59,223 bases of DNA from an uncultured Solibacteraceae bacterium. Its GTDB lineage: Bacteria; Acidobacteriota; Vicinamibacteria; Vicinamibacterales; SCN-69-37. The DNA lies in NCBI GenBank assembly GCA_964489685.1, contig CAZAZR010000006.1:1-59223 (forward strand), given 5' to 3'. The position numbers were made by a program, and so were the translations under genes. The notes below the pieces were generated by a model. It worked only from the letters and a program-made list of their open reading frames with translations, was not told where the DNA came from and made no database searches. How positions within the stretch are numbered: the stretch's first letter is position 1; every line of letters begins with the position of its first letter. Shown here piece after piece: positions 1 through 9,048 of the stretch.

Positions 1-49
1 CGATACGCCCGATTTCAGCTCGCGCGTCCCTCTACATGAATAGAGCGGG

Positions 50-985
50 CTAGGCTCGGTCGGGGCCGGGCGCGTCGACGTCTTCGCCCAGCGCCTCGCG
101 GATGGAATCGTGAGCGCGCCGCAATCGGGCGCCGGCCTGAGCGGCCGTCAACCCCGCTTTTTTCATTACGATGGCGACTTTGACGTTCCACTTGGCTCGC
201 AGGAGCAGAGCCTTGGCCTCATCGGGATCCGCACCGGTCACCATGGAGACTATGCGCTGCGCGCGATCCTTCAATTTCTCCGAGCCGGTTTTGACGTCCA
301 CCATCAGGTTGCCGTAGGTCTTGCCGATACGGACCATCGACACCGTGGTGAGCATGTTGAGCACCATCTTTGTCGCGGTGCCGGCCTTGAGCCGCGTGGA
401 CCCCGCAATCACCTCAGGCCCGACTGACGGCGCGATGATGAGGTCCACGAAGTTCTGGAGTTCGGTACCGGGCCAGCAGGTGACAAAGATGATGCGGGCG
501 CCTTTTTTGCGTGCCACGGTGAGCGCGCCGCGGACGAACTGCGTGATGCCGCTCGCCGACACGCCAATGACCACATCCCGTTTCCCGATGCGCAGGCGCG
601 CGATGCTGCGACCGCCTTCTTCGAAGTTGTCTTCCACGCCTTCACGCGCGCGGAACATGGCTTCCTGGCCGCCTGCCATGATGGCCTGTACCAGTTCGGG
701 CCGGGTGCTGAAGGTGGGCGGCATCTCGGCGGCCTCGAGCACACCAAGTCTGCCGCTCGTGCCCGCGCCCACCAGGACCAGACGACCGCCTTTCTTAAGA
801 GCCGCGGTAATGATGTCGATGCCGTGGGCGATGCGCTCGCGCTCCTTCTGGACGGCCGCAACCACCTTCTTGTCTTCCGCGAGCACGAGATCAACGATCT
901 CGAGCACCGGCATCCGGTCGAGCGCCATGGACGCGCTGTTGATGGCTTCAGTCGGAAGATACTGCCACTTGGATTGGTAGGGCAT
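50..985 (-). CDS. murQ: N-acetylmuramic acid 6-phosphate etherase (SIS domain)
   Basis: 311-aa ORF. The N-terminus YLPTEAINSAS..LDR and the motif LVLVGAGTSGRLGVLEAAEMPPTF match the MurQ/SIS sugar-phosphate fold as I recall it from E. coli MurQ. Confidence 0.85.
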   Translation of the reverse strand: MPYQSKWQYLPTEAINSASMALDRMPVLEIVDLVLAEDKKVVAAVQKERERIAHGIDIITAALKKGGRLVLVGAGTSGRLGVLEAAEMPPTFSTRPELVQAIMAGGQEAMFRAREGVEDNFEEGGRSIARLRIGKRDVVIGVSASGITQFVRGALTVARKKGARIIFVTCWPGTELQNFVDLIIAPSVGPEVIAGSTRLKAGTATKMVLNMLTTVSMVRIGKTYGNLMVDVKTGSEKLKDRAQRIVSMVTGADPDEAKALLLRAKWNVKVAIVMKKAGLTAAQAGARLRRAHDSIREALGEDVDAPGPDRA

Positions 986-1022
986 GAGTCACAAACGCCG
1001 AAAATGCGTAGAGTACTCGACA

Positions 1023-1913
1023 ATGGGCCCGGACACCATCGCCAACTACCTGAGGCACCTGGAAGTCGAGCGGCGTCTGTCGCCACACACGCTCGATGGC
1101 TACGGCCGGGATCTGACCCGCTTGCGCGCCTACGCGGCGACACAGGGCCGCCTCGTCACGACCATGGACCGTCGCCACCTGGAGGGTTTTGTGCGCGACG
1201 CCATGGCGGGCGGTTTGTCTCCCACGTCCACGGCACGGCTGGTGGCCTCGGTCCGCGGCTTGTATCTTCACCTGCGCCGGCGCGGTGAGCTCGCTGAGAA
1301 TCCCGCCGATGACCTGCACGCCCCGAAGGCGTTCCTGTCGTTGCCGCGGTTCCTCTCGATGATCGAGGTCGACGCCTTGCTGGCCGCGCCCGATATCGCC
1401 ACCTCCGGCGGGCTTCGAGACAGAGCCCTGATTGAAGTGCTGTATGCGACCGGCCTTCGTGTGTCGGAACTTGTGAGTCTGCGCTTAACGGACGTTCGAA
1501 TTGATCAGGGCTATGTGCAGTGCCTGGGTAAAGGCAGCAAGGAACGGATTGTCCCGCTCGGGGACGTGGCGGCCGCGTGGGTGGCGCGCTATCTGGCAGA
1601 CGCCAGGCCGACATTCGTGACAAAAAAAGATCCCCCGTGGTTGTTTGTCAGCCAGCGCGGCGCCCGGCGGCTCAGTCGAGGTGCTTTCTGGCAGATCCTC
1701 AAGGACTATGGGGAGGCGGCGGGTCTCAAGGCGCATCTGAGCCCGCACGTGCTGCGACACTCGTTTGCCACGCACCTGCTGGAGCGTGGCGCCGACCTGC
1801 GCGCGATTCAGACCATGCTGGGGCACGCCGATCTCTCCACCACGCAAATCTATACGCACATACTCGAGGTGCGCTTGCGGCAGGTGTACGATACCTTCCA
1901 TCCACGCCGGTAG
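1023..1913 (+). CDS. xerD: Tyrosine site-specific recombinase XerD/XerC
   Basis: N-terminal core-binding motif (YLRHLEVERRLSPHTLDGYGRDL). C-terminal catalytic region has LRHSFATHLLERGADLRAIQTMLGHADLSTTQIYTH. Start moved from the track's 984 to the ATG at 1023, because 984 would overlap the divergent murQ start. XerC versus XerD cannot be settled by eye. Confidence 0.8.
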   Translation: MGPDTIANYLRHLEVERRLSPHTLDGYGRDLTRLRAYAATQGRLVTTMDRRHLEGFVRDAMAGGLSPTSTARLVASVRGLYLHLRRRGELAENPADDLHAPKAFLSLPRFLSMIEVDALLAAPDIATSGGLRDRALIEVLYATGLRVSELVSLRLTDVRIDQGYVQCLGKGSKERIVPLGDVAAAWVARYLADARPTFVTKKDPPWLFVSQRGARRLSRGAFWQILKDYGEAAGLKAHLSPHVLRHSFATHLLERGADLRAIQTMLGHADLSTTQIYTHILEVRLRQVYDTFHPRR

Positions 1914-1997
1914 ATGCGGATTGACCCGTCCGCGAAGCGTCTGGTACGCTGGATGTTTGCCGGGCCGTCGGCCGGCCCTGACGTGAGGAGATCCTGG

Positions 1998-3149
1998 ATG
2001 GGACGCGCTGGCCGTCATTTATTTACGTCCGAATCGGTGACCGAGGGGCATCCCGACAAAATCGCCGACCAGATTTCAGACGGCATCCTTGATGCAATTC
2101 TCGCGCAGGATCCGATCGCACGCGTCGCCTGCGAAACCCTCGTGACCACCGGGCTGGTGGTGGTGGCGGGTGAAATCACCACCTCGTGCACCATTGATAC
2201 CCAGCGTGTCGTGCGCGAGGTCGTCACCGATGTCGGCTACACCCGGGCCAAGTACGGGTTCGACGCCGAAACGTGCGCGGTGCTCTCATCGATTCACGAG
2301 CAGTCGCGCGATATCGGCCAGGGCGTGGACACCGGCGGTGCCGGCGACCAGGGCCTGATGTTCGGGTACGCCTGCACCGAAACGCCCGAGTTGATGCCGC
2401 TGCCTATCATGCTGGCGCACAAACTCACCCAAGGCCTGTCCACGTTGCGGCGCTCAGGCGAGCTCCCGTACCTGCGGCCTGACGGCAAGTCACAGGTGAC
2501 GGTCGAATACGAGGGCGACACACCTGTGCGGGTGGAGGCCGTGGTGGTCTCCACGCAGCATGCAGCCGAGGTCGACAACGAGACCCTGCATCGCGATCTG
2601 ACCGAGAAGCTCATCAAGCCGAGCATCCCTGCCAATCTGATGGACGCGAAGACGAAGATCTACATCAACCGCACCGGCCGATTCGTCGTCGGCGGCCCGC
2701 ACGGCGATGCCGGCGTGACCGGACGCAAGATCATTGTCGACACCTACGGTGGTGCCGCGCCCCATGGCGGTGGCGCCTTCTCGGGCAAGGATCCGACGAA
2801 GGTGGATCGCTCGGCCGCCTACATGGCGCGTTACGTGGCGAAGAACATCGTTGCAGCGGGGCTGGCGAGCAAGGCACTCCTGCAGGTCGCGTATGCGATC
2901 GGCGTGGCCGAACCTGTGTCCGTGTTGGTGGATTCCTCAGGCACTGGCAAGGTGTCCGAAGAGCGGCTGGCTGAGCTGGTGAAGAAACACTTCGACTTGA
3001 CGCCAAAGGGCATCATCGCGCACCTCGATCTCCGTCGGCCGATTTATCGCAAGACGGCGGCCTTCGGGCATTTCGGACGCACCGAGCCTGAATTCACCTG
3101 GGAGCGTACCGACAAGGCTTCTGCGCTGAAGGCCGACGCCGGGATCTGA
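1998..3149 (+). CDS. metK: S-adenosylmethionine synthetase
   Basis: [20 protein letters not shown] plus [19 protein letters not shown] motifs. Start set at the ATG at 1998, preceded by GAGGAG (1985-1990). The upstream 28 codons of the track ORF are an unsupported extension. Confidence 0.95.
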   Translation: MGRAGRHLFTSESVTEGHPDKIADQISDGILDAILAQDPIARVACETLVTTGLVVVAGEITTSCTIDTQRVVREVVTDVGYTRAKYGFDAETCAVLSSIHEQSRDIGQGVDTGGAGDQGLMFGYACTETPELMPLPIMLAHKLTQGLSTLRRSGELPYLRPDGKSQVTVEYEGDTPVRVEAVVVSTQHAAEVDNETLHRDLTEKLIKPSIPANLMDAKTKIYINRTGRFVVGGPHGDAGVTGRKIIVDTYGGAAPHGGGAFSGKDPTKVDRSAAYMARYVAKNIVAAGLASKALLQVAYAIGVAEPVSVLVDSSGTGKVSEERLAELVKKHFDLTPKGIIAHLDLRRPIYRKTAAFGHFGRTEPEFTWERTDKASALKADAGI

Positions 3150-3180
3150 CATTCACTGAGGGGCCACAGGCGAAGCCGAC

Positions 3181-4890
3181 ATGCGCCCCTTCCGACGACG
3201 AATACTCATGACAACGGTGACCCTGGGGGCCGCCGCTGTCGTGTACGTCGGCCTCACGCTCCCTCCCGCCTCACGGCCGCTCTCGCCCGTTCAGCCGAAC
3301 ACTATCTACGGTGCCTACCACGTCCACACCAATCGCTCGGATGGCAGCGGCAGTCCCGATGATGTCGCGCGTGCCGCCGCAGCCGCGTCCCTGCAGTTCG
3401 TCATTCTGACCGATCATGGCGATGCCACTCGTACGCCCGACCCTCCGTTCTATCGCCACGGCGTGCTGATGATCGATGCCGTCGAAATCTCCACGACATC
3501 CGGCCATCTGGTCGCGCTCGGCCTGACGAAGGCGTCACCGTTTCCCCTCGGCGGCGAGGCCCGCGACACCGTTGAGGACGTACACCGCATGGGGGGATGG
3601 ACGGTGATCGCGCACCCGGATTCACCAAAGCCGGGGCTCAGCTGGCGTGGCGACGACGCGGGCGCTGACGGCGTGGAATGGCTCAACGCCGACTCTGAAT
3701 GGCGCGACGAATTCGCGGGAACCCTGCTGCTCGCGATCGCGCACTACCTCATCCGCCCCTCCGAGGCCATTGCCGCCGTCTTCAATCGTCCGACCGCGTC
3801 GTTCGAACGCTGGGATACCCTGGCGCGCCGACGCCCGGTCCTGGCACTTGCCGGCGTCGATGCCCACGCGCGCATCGGTGTCGACGAGGCGGACGAGCCG
3901 CTGAGGGCGACGACCATTCTCGCGCGTCCGAGCTACCTGGATATGTTCGGCACCGTGGTGCAGGGGATCGAGTTGGCGCAACCGTTGACGCAAGACGCCG
4001 CGGTCGACGCCGGCGCCATCCTCGCGGCCCTGCGGAGTGGCCGCTCCTATTCGGTTGTCCGCGCGCTCGCATCGCCCGGCCGCATCTCGTTCACCGCCTC
4101 TCACGACGCCACGACATGGGCGATGGGGGAGTCGGCGGCCACGGATCAGCCGGTGACGTTGCAGGCCACCGTGCCTGAACCCGATGACGCGGTTGTGGTA
4201 CTGCTGCGGAGCGGCGAGGAAGTGGCATCCGGCAGGGGCAGTGCGGTGTTCATTCACACGGGCGCACCAGCAACCTATCGGGCCGAAGCCCGGCTTCCGA
4301 ATCGCGCGGTCCCGTGGATGGTCACCAATGGCATCCGGGTTGGTCCGCAAGAACCACAGCCGGCGATGGCGCCTGAGGCGTCGACCGCCGGCATCACGGT
4401 AGCGGCACTGGACCACGCCCCATTGTGGGCGGTCGAGAAACATGAGCCCTCACGCGGCGACCTGAGCGCTGCCGGCGGAGCAGTCAGCCTGGCGTATACC
4501 CTGGCGCCCGGCCGGCCCAGCGGGCAGTACGCCGCGATGGCGTATCCGCTGTCGGGCCAGGACCGGTTCGACGCGGTCACGTTCACCGTGCGCGCAGAAG
4601 CCCCGATGCGGGTGTCGATCCAGTGGCGGGTGCCCCGCGGCGCGGATGGCAATCGGTGGCAGCGGTCGGTGTATGTCGATACCACGCCGCGGACCATCAC
4701 GCTGCGGCTGGAAGACTTTGAGGCCGTCGGCTCGGGTCTCGCAGACATGCCTCCGGTGGAGCAGGTCAGGTCGCTGTCGCTCGTCGTGGATACCTGGCAT
4801 ACGCGGCCGGGGTCGGCAGGCCGGGTGTGGATTTCCGGAGTCTCGCTCGTGACGCTGGGCGTCAGGTCCGCACGGTCAACAGGGCGGTGA
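3181..4890 (+). CDS. Membrane-anchored PHP-domain metallophosphoesterase (CehA/McbA-like) with a beta-rich C-terminal domain
   Basis: N-terminal hydrophobic helix. PHP metal motif YHVHTNRSDGSG...VILTDHGD...HLVALG...IAHP. The roughly 170-aa C-terminal region has no motif I recognise. Confidence 0.65.
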   Translation: MRPFRRRILMTTVTLGAAAVVYVGLTLPPASRPLSPVQPNTIYGAYHVHTNRSDGSGSPDDVARAAAAASLQFVILTDHGDATRTPDPPFYRHGVLMIDAVEISTTSGHLVALGLTKASPFPLGGEARDTVEDVHRMGGWTVIAHPDSPKPGLSWRGDDAGADGVEWLNADSEWRDEFAGTLLLAIAHYLIRPSEAIAAVFNRPTASFERWDTLARRRPVLALAGVDAHARIGVDEADEPLRATTILARPSYLDMFGTVVQGIELAQPLTQDAAVDAGAILAALRSGRSYSVVRALASPGRISFTASHDATTWAMGESAATDQPVTLQATVPEPDDAVVVLLRSGEEVASGRGSAVFIHTGAPATYRAEARLPNRAVPWMVTNGIRVGPQEPQPAMAPEASTAGITVAALDHAPLWAVEKHEPSRGDLSAAGGAVSLAYTLAPGRPSGQYAAMAYPLSGQDRFDAVTFTVRAEAPMRVSIQWRVPRGADGNRWQRSVYVDTTPRTITLRLEDFEAVGSGLADMPPVEQVRSLSLVVDTWHTRPGSAGRVWISGVSLVTLGVRSARSTGR

Positions 4891-7162
4891 GCGCTGCGGC
4901 CGCGAAGACGATATTCGTGGCCCAGGCAGCGAGCACCGGAGGCAGCCACCCGGCAACACCAAACGCGATGAACAGCGTGGAAACGAGCAGGTAGGCGACG
5001 GCAAGCACGATGGCCAGGCCGATGCCGTAGAGGGCGCCGCGTCGGCCAAGCGTGACACCGAATGGAATGGCAATCAGCGTCATGACGATGGTGACGAAGG
5101 GAAACGCGACCTTGCGCTGCAGTTCCACCTTGTGCGCGGCAATACTGAAACCGCTCTCGTCGAGTTCGTCAATGTACGTCTTCAGTTCCCCATAGCTCAT
5201 GAACTCGGCTTCAAACTGTTCGGCGCCGAAGAACCCTGGTTCCTCCAGCGGAAGCGTCTCGGACGTGAACGTCTCGCGCCGCACCTGGCCTTGATCATCG
5301 AACGTCTGCACCCATCCGTCGGTGGCGTGCCACGCGCCGTCCCTGAAGACGGCCTGCGTCGCGAACGTATGCGAGGTGAGGCGATAGGGGGCGCGCGCGG
5401 TCTTGAACATCGATAACTGATGCAGCGTCTGCGCACGCACATCAAACACCGCGTAGTGATAGAGGCCACCCTCCCGGCCAGTCAGCCAGGAGCGGTTCGC
5501 GACATTGAACGTGCGTTGCGGCCGGTCGCGGATGGTGTTTCTCAGCACCTCGGCCCGTCGCTCCGAGTGCGCCATGACCCGGTCTTCGAGGGCGAACAGC
5601 AGACCGCTTGAGACAAGCGCCAGGACCAGGAGGGGGAGCGCCGTGCGGTAGAGACTGATGCCGCAGGCGCGAAGGACGGTCAGTTCGTTGGTCCTGGTGA
5701 GCCCGCCGAGCGTCGTGAGCACGGCGACGAGTGTGGCCAGAGGCACAATGAAGTAGATGAATTTCGGAGTGGCGTAGTAAAAGTACTCAGCGATCATCGG
5801 CATCGTCGCCTGCCCCTTCGAGAGCTTTTCAGACAACTCGATGAACTCGCCGATGTAGTAGAGGGCCATCAGACCCACAAACGCCAGGATCACCGTTCGC
5901 AGATACTTGCCGCCGACGTACACATCCATCAGGCTGGGCCTGGGCAGCAACAGTCGCGGGAATCGGATGACCAGGACCACCTTCGGCCCGGTGCCGGCGG
6001 CCGCGGCTGTGCGCTGGGTGAGGAATGTGGGCCAGCGCACCGCGAGCCAGGCGGGCATCGGCATGGCGCCGCGAGTGCGCCACCACAGGAGAACGACACC
6101 AATCAGGCCCAGCACGATATTCGGCATCCAACGGGCCCACAGCGCCGGGAACGCGCCGCCTTTCGCCCGTCCGTCGAAGAAGGTCATGATGCCGTAATAG
6201 GCCATGATGACGCCGATGCCTATGGCGAAGCCCGCCAGTTTGCCGTCCTTGCGGGTGCTGACGCCGAGCGCGACGCCGACGATGGCAAACACCAGGCACG
6301 CCAGCGGAAAGGCGAACCGCTGGTGTTTGTACATGATTTCGTTGTGGGGCGACTGGCCGGCGGCCACCTTTTCGGCCGCCTGCACATCGAGCTGGGCCAT
6401 GGTCAGCTCGTTGAACCCGCGTCCTGGTGAGGCGCCGTCGCCGAACACGGATTTCGGGTCGATGTGGGCGACCTCCTCCTTCGAGCGCTGAATCTGGTAC
6501 TCCTCACCATTCTTGAGGGGCCGATAGCTGGCCACCTCTGAGAGCACCACGTTGACCAGCCGGGCAGGTTCGTCGGCGACGAGGCGTCCTTCCTCGGCGA
6601 GCTGAATGGACGGCCGGCCGGAGACCGAGGTGTCGGCGATCATGACTTGCGACCATCCGCCGTCGGTCTTGCGGTCCTCAATCAGGATGACGCGTCCGGT
6701 AAATCCCTCGTAGAAGAGCCGGGGCCTGATGTCTTCGGACGCCATCTTCTTCGTGAGCTGGAAGATGACATCGCGGAAGGACTGGTTGGCGTCGGGCATC
6801 AGCCAGACCAGGACGTAGAAGGTGGCGCCGGCGGCGACTGCGGCCAGGAGCATCATCGGGCGGATGAGCCGGACCGGACTGACCCCGCAGGCCATCATGG
6901 CCACGGCCTCGCGGTCGCCCGAGAACCGCCCGAGCGCCATCACCACTCCGGCCAGAAACGCCATGGGCACTGTGACGCCGAGCGCTTGCGGGAGCAATGT
7001 GACCAGGAGATATGCGATGGTCTGCAGCGGCGCGCCCTTGGCAATGAGCATTTCCGCCGTTTTGAGCATCGGCTGAACCCAGAGCAGGAACGTAAACAGG
7101 GCCAGGGCCAGGGCAAACGGGCCGAGAGTTTCGCGAATCAGGTAGCGGTCGAGGGTCCGCAT
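4862..7162 (-). CDS. lptFG: Fused LptF-LptG lipopolysaccharide export permease (two YjgP/YjgQ modules in one 766-aa chain)
   Basis: Module 1 starts MRTLDRYLIRETLGPF and contains MMACGVS. Module 2 starts about aa 411, LMDVYVGGKYLRTVIL, and contains NELTVLRACGISLYR. Both resemble E. coli LptF/LptG N-terminal signatures. The frame is uninterrupted. Confidence 0.8.
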   Translation of the reverse strand: MRTLDRYLIRETLGPFALALALFTFLLWVQPMLKTAEMLIAKGAPLQTIAYLLVTLLPQALGVTVPMAFLAGVVMALGRFSGDREAVAMMACGVSPVRLIRPMMLLAAVAAGATFYVLVWLMPDANQSFRDVIFQLTKKMASEDIRPRLFYEGFTGRVILIEDRKTDGGWSQVMIADTSVSGRPSIQLAEEGRLVADEPARLVNVVLSEVASYRPLKNGEEYQIQRSKEEVAHIDPKSVFGDGASPGRGFNELTMAQLDVQAAEKVAAGQSPHNEIMYKHQRFAFPLACLVFAIVGVALGVSTRKDGKLAGFAIGIGVIMAYYGIMTFFDGRAKGGAFPALWARWMPNIVLGLIGVVLLWWRTRGAMPMPAWLAVRWPTFLTQRTAAAAGTGPKVVLVIRFPRLLLPRPSLMDVYVGGKYLRTVILAFVGLMALYYIGEFIELSEKLSKGQATMPMIAEYFYYATPKFIYFIVPLATLVAVLTTLGGLTRTNELTVLRACGISLYRTALPLLVLALVSSGLLFALEDRVMAHSERRAEVLRNTIRDRPQRTFNVANRSWLTGREGGLYHYAVFDVRAQTLHQLSMFKTARAPYRLTSHTFATQAVFRDGAWHATDGWVQTFDDQGQVRRETFTSETLPLEEPGFFGAEQFEAEFMSYGELKTYIDELDESGFSIAAHKVELQRKVAFPFVTIVMTLIAIPFGVTLGRRGALYGIGLAIVLAVAYLLVSTLFIAFGVAGWLPPVLAAWATNIVFAAAALTALLTVRT

Positions 7163-7243
7163 TCGGGTTCAGGTTGAGACGATATCACGCAGGAACTGGG
7201 TCCGCAATTCGTGCACAGGCACCAACCGCGAACAATATAATCA

Positions 7244-7267
7244 ATGTCTGATAAGACATATTATGTC
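7244..7267. promoter_or_regulatory. Candidate operator: three interlocking ATGTC/GACAT half-sites inside an AT-rich island
   Basis: ATGTCT-GATA-AGACAT (7244-7259) then GACAT-ATT-ATGTC (7255-7267). These lie in the only conspicuously AT-rich stretch (about 7231-7280) of the 253-nt gap upstream of lptFG. Confidence 0.3.
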
Positions 7268-7415
7268 ATGTAACTTATCCAGGCGCCTCCTTAACACGAG
7301 CCTATCCTTGGCAGTGCTTACCGTAGGGGCGCTCGGGAAAGGCTTCTGGTCGGCCGGTTCATCCTTGGGAGGGGCTACTCCGTATGCATTGTTGCTGCAT
7401 ACCTATGCGTTGCCT

Positions 7416-8243
7416 TCAGGCCTTTCGAAGGTCGGCGATGATGCCTTCGAGCGCCTCGATCACTTCCTTCTTGTCCACGTCTGACTTCTTGAACTGAAGC
7501 TTGAGGCTGAAGGTTTTTGCGGGCGCAAGATACTTGAATACGAAGGCCTTTGGACGTCCAGGCTTTGGTTTCGCGGCAACTTTCCGTGCCTGCTCACGGG
7601 TCACAGCCGCGCCGCCACCGTCGCGGGTCAATCGCTCGATCAAGGCAATCATTTTCTGCGGGTCTTGCTGCCTAACTATCTGTAAAAGCAATGACTTAGA
7701 AGAAATGTCGGCCAGCCGACACAGATTTCTGACCTCGGTGGGCATCTGGGCCAGGGCCAGGGACTCTGTGACGTTGGTCCGCGACTTCCCCATGCGCCGC
7801 GCCAGGTCCTCGTGCGTGTATCCGCAGCGCTCGGCAAGCACCTGAAGTGCTTCTGCCTCTTCAAAGGCACTCAGGTCCTTCCGCTGGATGTTCTCAACGA
7901 GGGCGACCTCGACAATTTCGTTGTCATCCACGTCACGAATCACCACCGGCAGCTCGCGGAGTCCAACCTGGACTGACGCCTGATAGCGTCGCTCGCCGGC
8001 AACGATCTGGTAGCGACCGGCACGCTGACGAACGATGAGCGGCTCGATGATTCCCTTCTCGGCGATGGAGGCCATCAGCTCAGACAAGTCACCCATGACC
8101 TGGCGAGGTTGGTCAGGATTCGGATCAATCTCGTCGATCGGGATCATCCGGCCGATGGGCGTGCCGGCCGAGTTGGCCAGCGCATCCACATAGTGCTCGT
8201 CGTGACGCATCTTCAGACTGGTTGGCAAGCCTCTTTTAGACAC
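7416..8243 (-). CDS. parB: Chromosome partitioning protein ParB (Spo0J)
   Basis: IPIDEIDPNPDQPR and IVRQRAGRYQIVAGERR ParB box motifs, plus an HTH (YTHEDLARRMGKSRTNVTE). Start set at GTG 8243 (VSKRGL..., typical ParB N-terminus), overlapping the parA stop by 8 nt. ATG 8210 is the alternative. Confidence 0.85.
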   Translation of the reverse strand: MSKRGLPTSLKMRHDEHYVDALANSAGTPIGRMIPIDEIDPNPDQPRQVMGDLSELMASIAEKGIIEPLIVRQRAGRYQIVAGERRYQASVQVGLRELPVVIRDVDDNEIVEVALVENIQRKDLSAFEEAEALQVLAERCGYTHEDLARRMGKSRTNVTESLALAQMPTEVRNLCRLADISSKSLLLQIVRQQDPQKMIALIERLTRDGGGAAVTREQARKVAAKPKPGRPKAFVFKYLAPAKTFSLKLQFKKSDVDKKEVIEALEGIIADLRKA

Positions 8244-8991
8244 GATCCAACACCTCCTCGCAAAGACGGTAGTACTCGGTCGCGCCAGACGACTCGGGCG
8301 CAAACTTGAAAATAGATTCCTTGTAGGCCGGACTTTCTTCCAGCCTGACACTCTTCGTAATCACCGTCTTGAACACCTTCTTACCAAACACCTTGTCAAT
8401 CTGCGCCCGGATATCCTTGGCCAGCGCCGTGCGTTTGTCGTGCATGGTGATGACTACGCCGAGGATTCGGAGGTCGGTGTTGGCGCGCATCCGGACTTTT
8501 TCAATGGTCTCAAGCAAGTCGTCGGTCCCCTCGAGGGCGAAGTACGATGACTGGATGGGAATCAGCAGGTGTGTGGCCGCGACGAGCGCGTTGACCGTCA
8601 GCAGCCCCAGCGCCGGCGGGCAGTCAATCACGATCGCCTCGTAGTCCTTCACGACCGGCGCGAGTTTGTCCTTCAGCCGGAAATGCGAGTCGAGTTCACC
8701 CACCAACTTCCCTTCAAGTTTCGCGAGCGCAATCCTCGATGGCGCCACCCAGAGATTCGGTTGAGACGATGGCTTGACGATGTCCTGAATGGTGACCGCA
8801 GGATCGGTGATCGCGTCATACACCGAGCGCTCGACCGTGGCCACGTCCACATAGGACATCGTGCTGTTGGCCTGGGGGTCAAGGTCGACCAGAAGTGTGC
8901 GCTGGCCTCGCAGGGAAAACGCCGCCGCCAGGTTGATCGCGGTGGTCGTCTTGCCTACGCCGCCCTTCTGGTTGGCAATGGCAATAATCAT
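8236..8991 (-). CDS. parA: Chromosome partitioning ATPase ParA (Soj)
   Basis: Deviant Walker A IAIANQKGGVGKTTTAINLA at the N-terminus when started at ATG 8991. The track's 18 upstream codons are discarded. Confidence 0.9.
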   Translation of the reverse strand: MIIAIANQKGGVGKTTTAINLAAAFSLRGQRTLLVDLDPQANSTMSYVDVATVERSVYDAITDPAVTIQDIVKPSSQPNLWVAPSRIALAKLEGKLVGELDSHFRLKDKLAPVVKDYEAIVIDCPPALGLLTVNALVAATHLLIPIQSSYFALEGTDDLLETIEKVRMRANTDLRILGVVITMHDKRTALAKDIRAQIDKVFGKKVFKTVITKSVRLEESPAYKESIFKFAPESSGATEYYRLCEEVLDRV

Positions 8992-9048
8992 GTTGTTGGA
9001 ACGGTCAGTCGGCGCGCGTGGAAATCCGCCGCCGTCATGATACACCCA

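Noticed and set aside
984-1913. Tyrosine recombinase as marker of an integrated mobile element
   Set aside because: The sequence and length fit housekeeping XerC/D. The neighbours are murQ and metK. No att-like repeats, phage genes or transposase genes are nearby.
1914-1997. SAM riboswitch upstream of metK
   Set aside because: The 84-nt spacer has small hairpins (AGCGT-ctggt-ACGCT; GCCGG..CCGGC). It is too short for SAM-I, and I could not see the conserved elements of SAM-II, SAM-V or SAM/SAH classes. An Infernal scan would settle it.
7308-7325. Sigma-54-like TGGCA element (ttggcagtgcttacc)
   Set aside because: The GG-N10-GC spacing of the -24/-12 consensus is not satisfied, and no plus-strand gene lies downstream.
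7263-7484. 73-aa plus-strand ORF in the parB-lptFG gap
   Set aside because: It runs into and overlaps the parB 3' end on the opposite strand, has no Shine-Dalgarno sequence and no recognisable features. It is probably non-coding.
7163-9048. Possible oriC or parS near parAB
   Set aside because: I found only one weak DnaA-box-like 9-mer (TTATCCAGG at about 7275) and no 16-bp TGTTNCACGTGAAACA-type palindrome in or around parAB. dnaA and dnaN are absent from the window. A proper pattern search of the genome would be needed.
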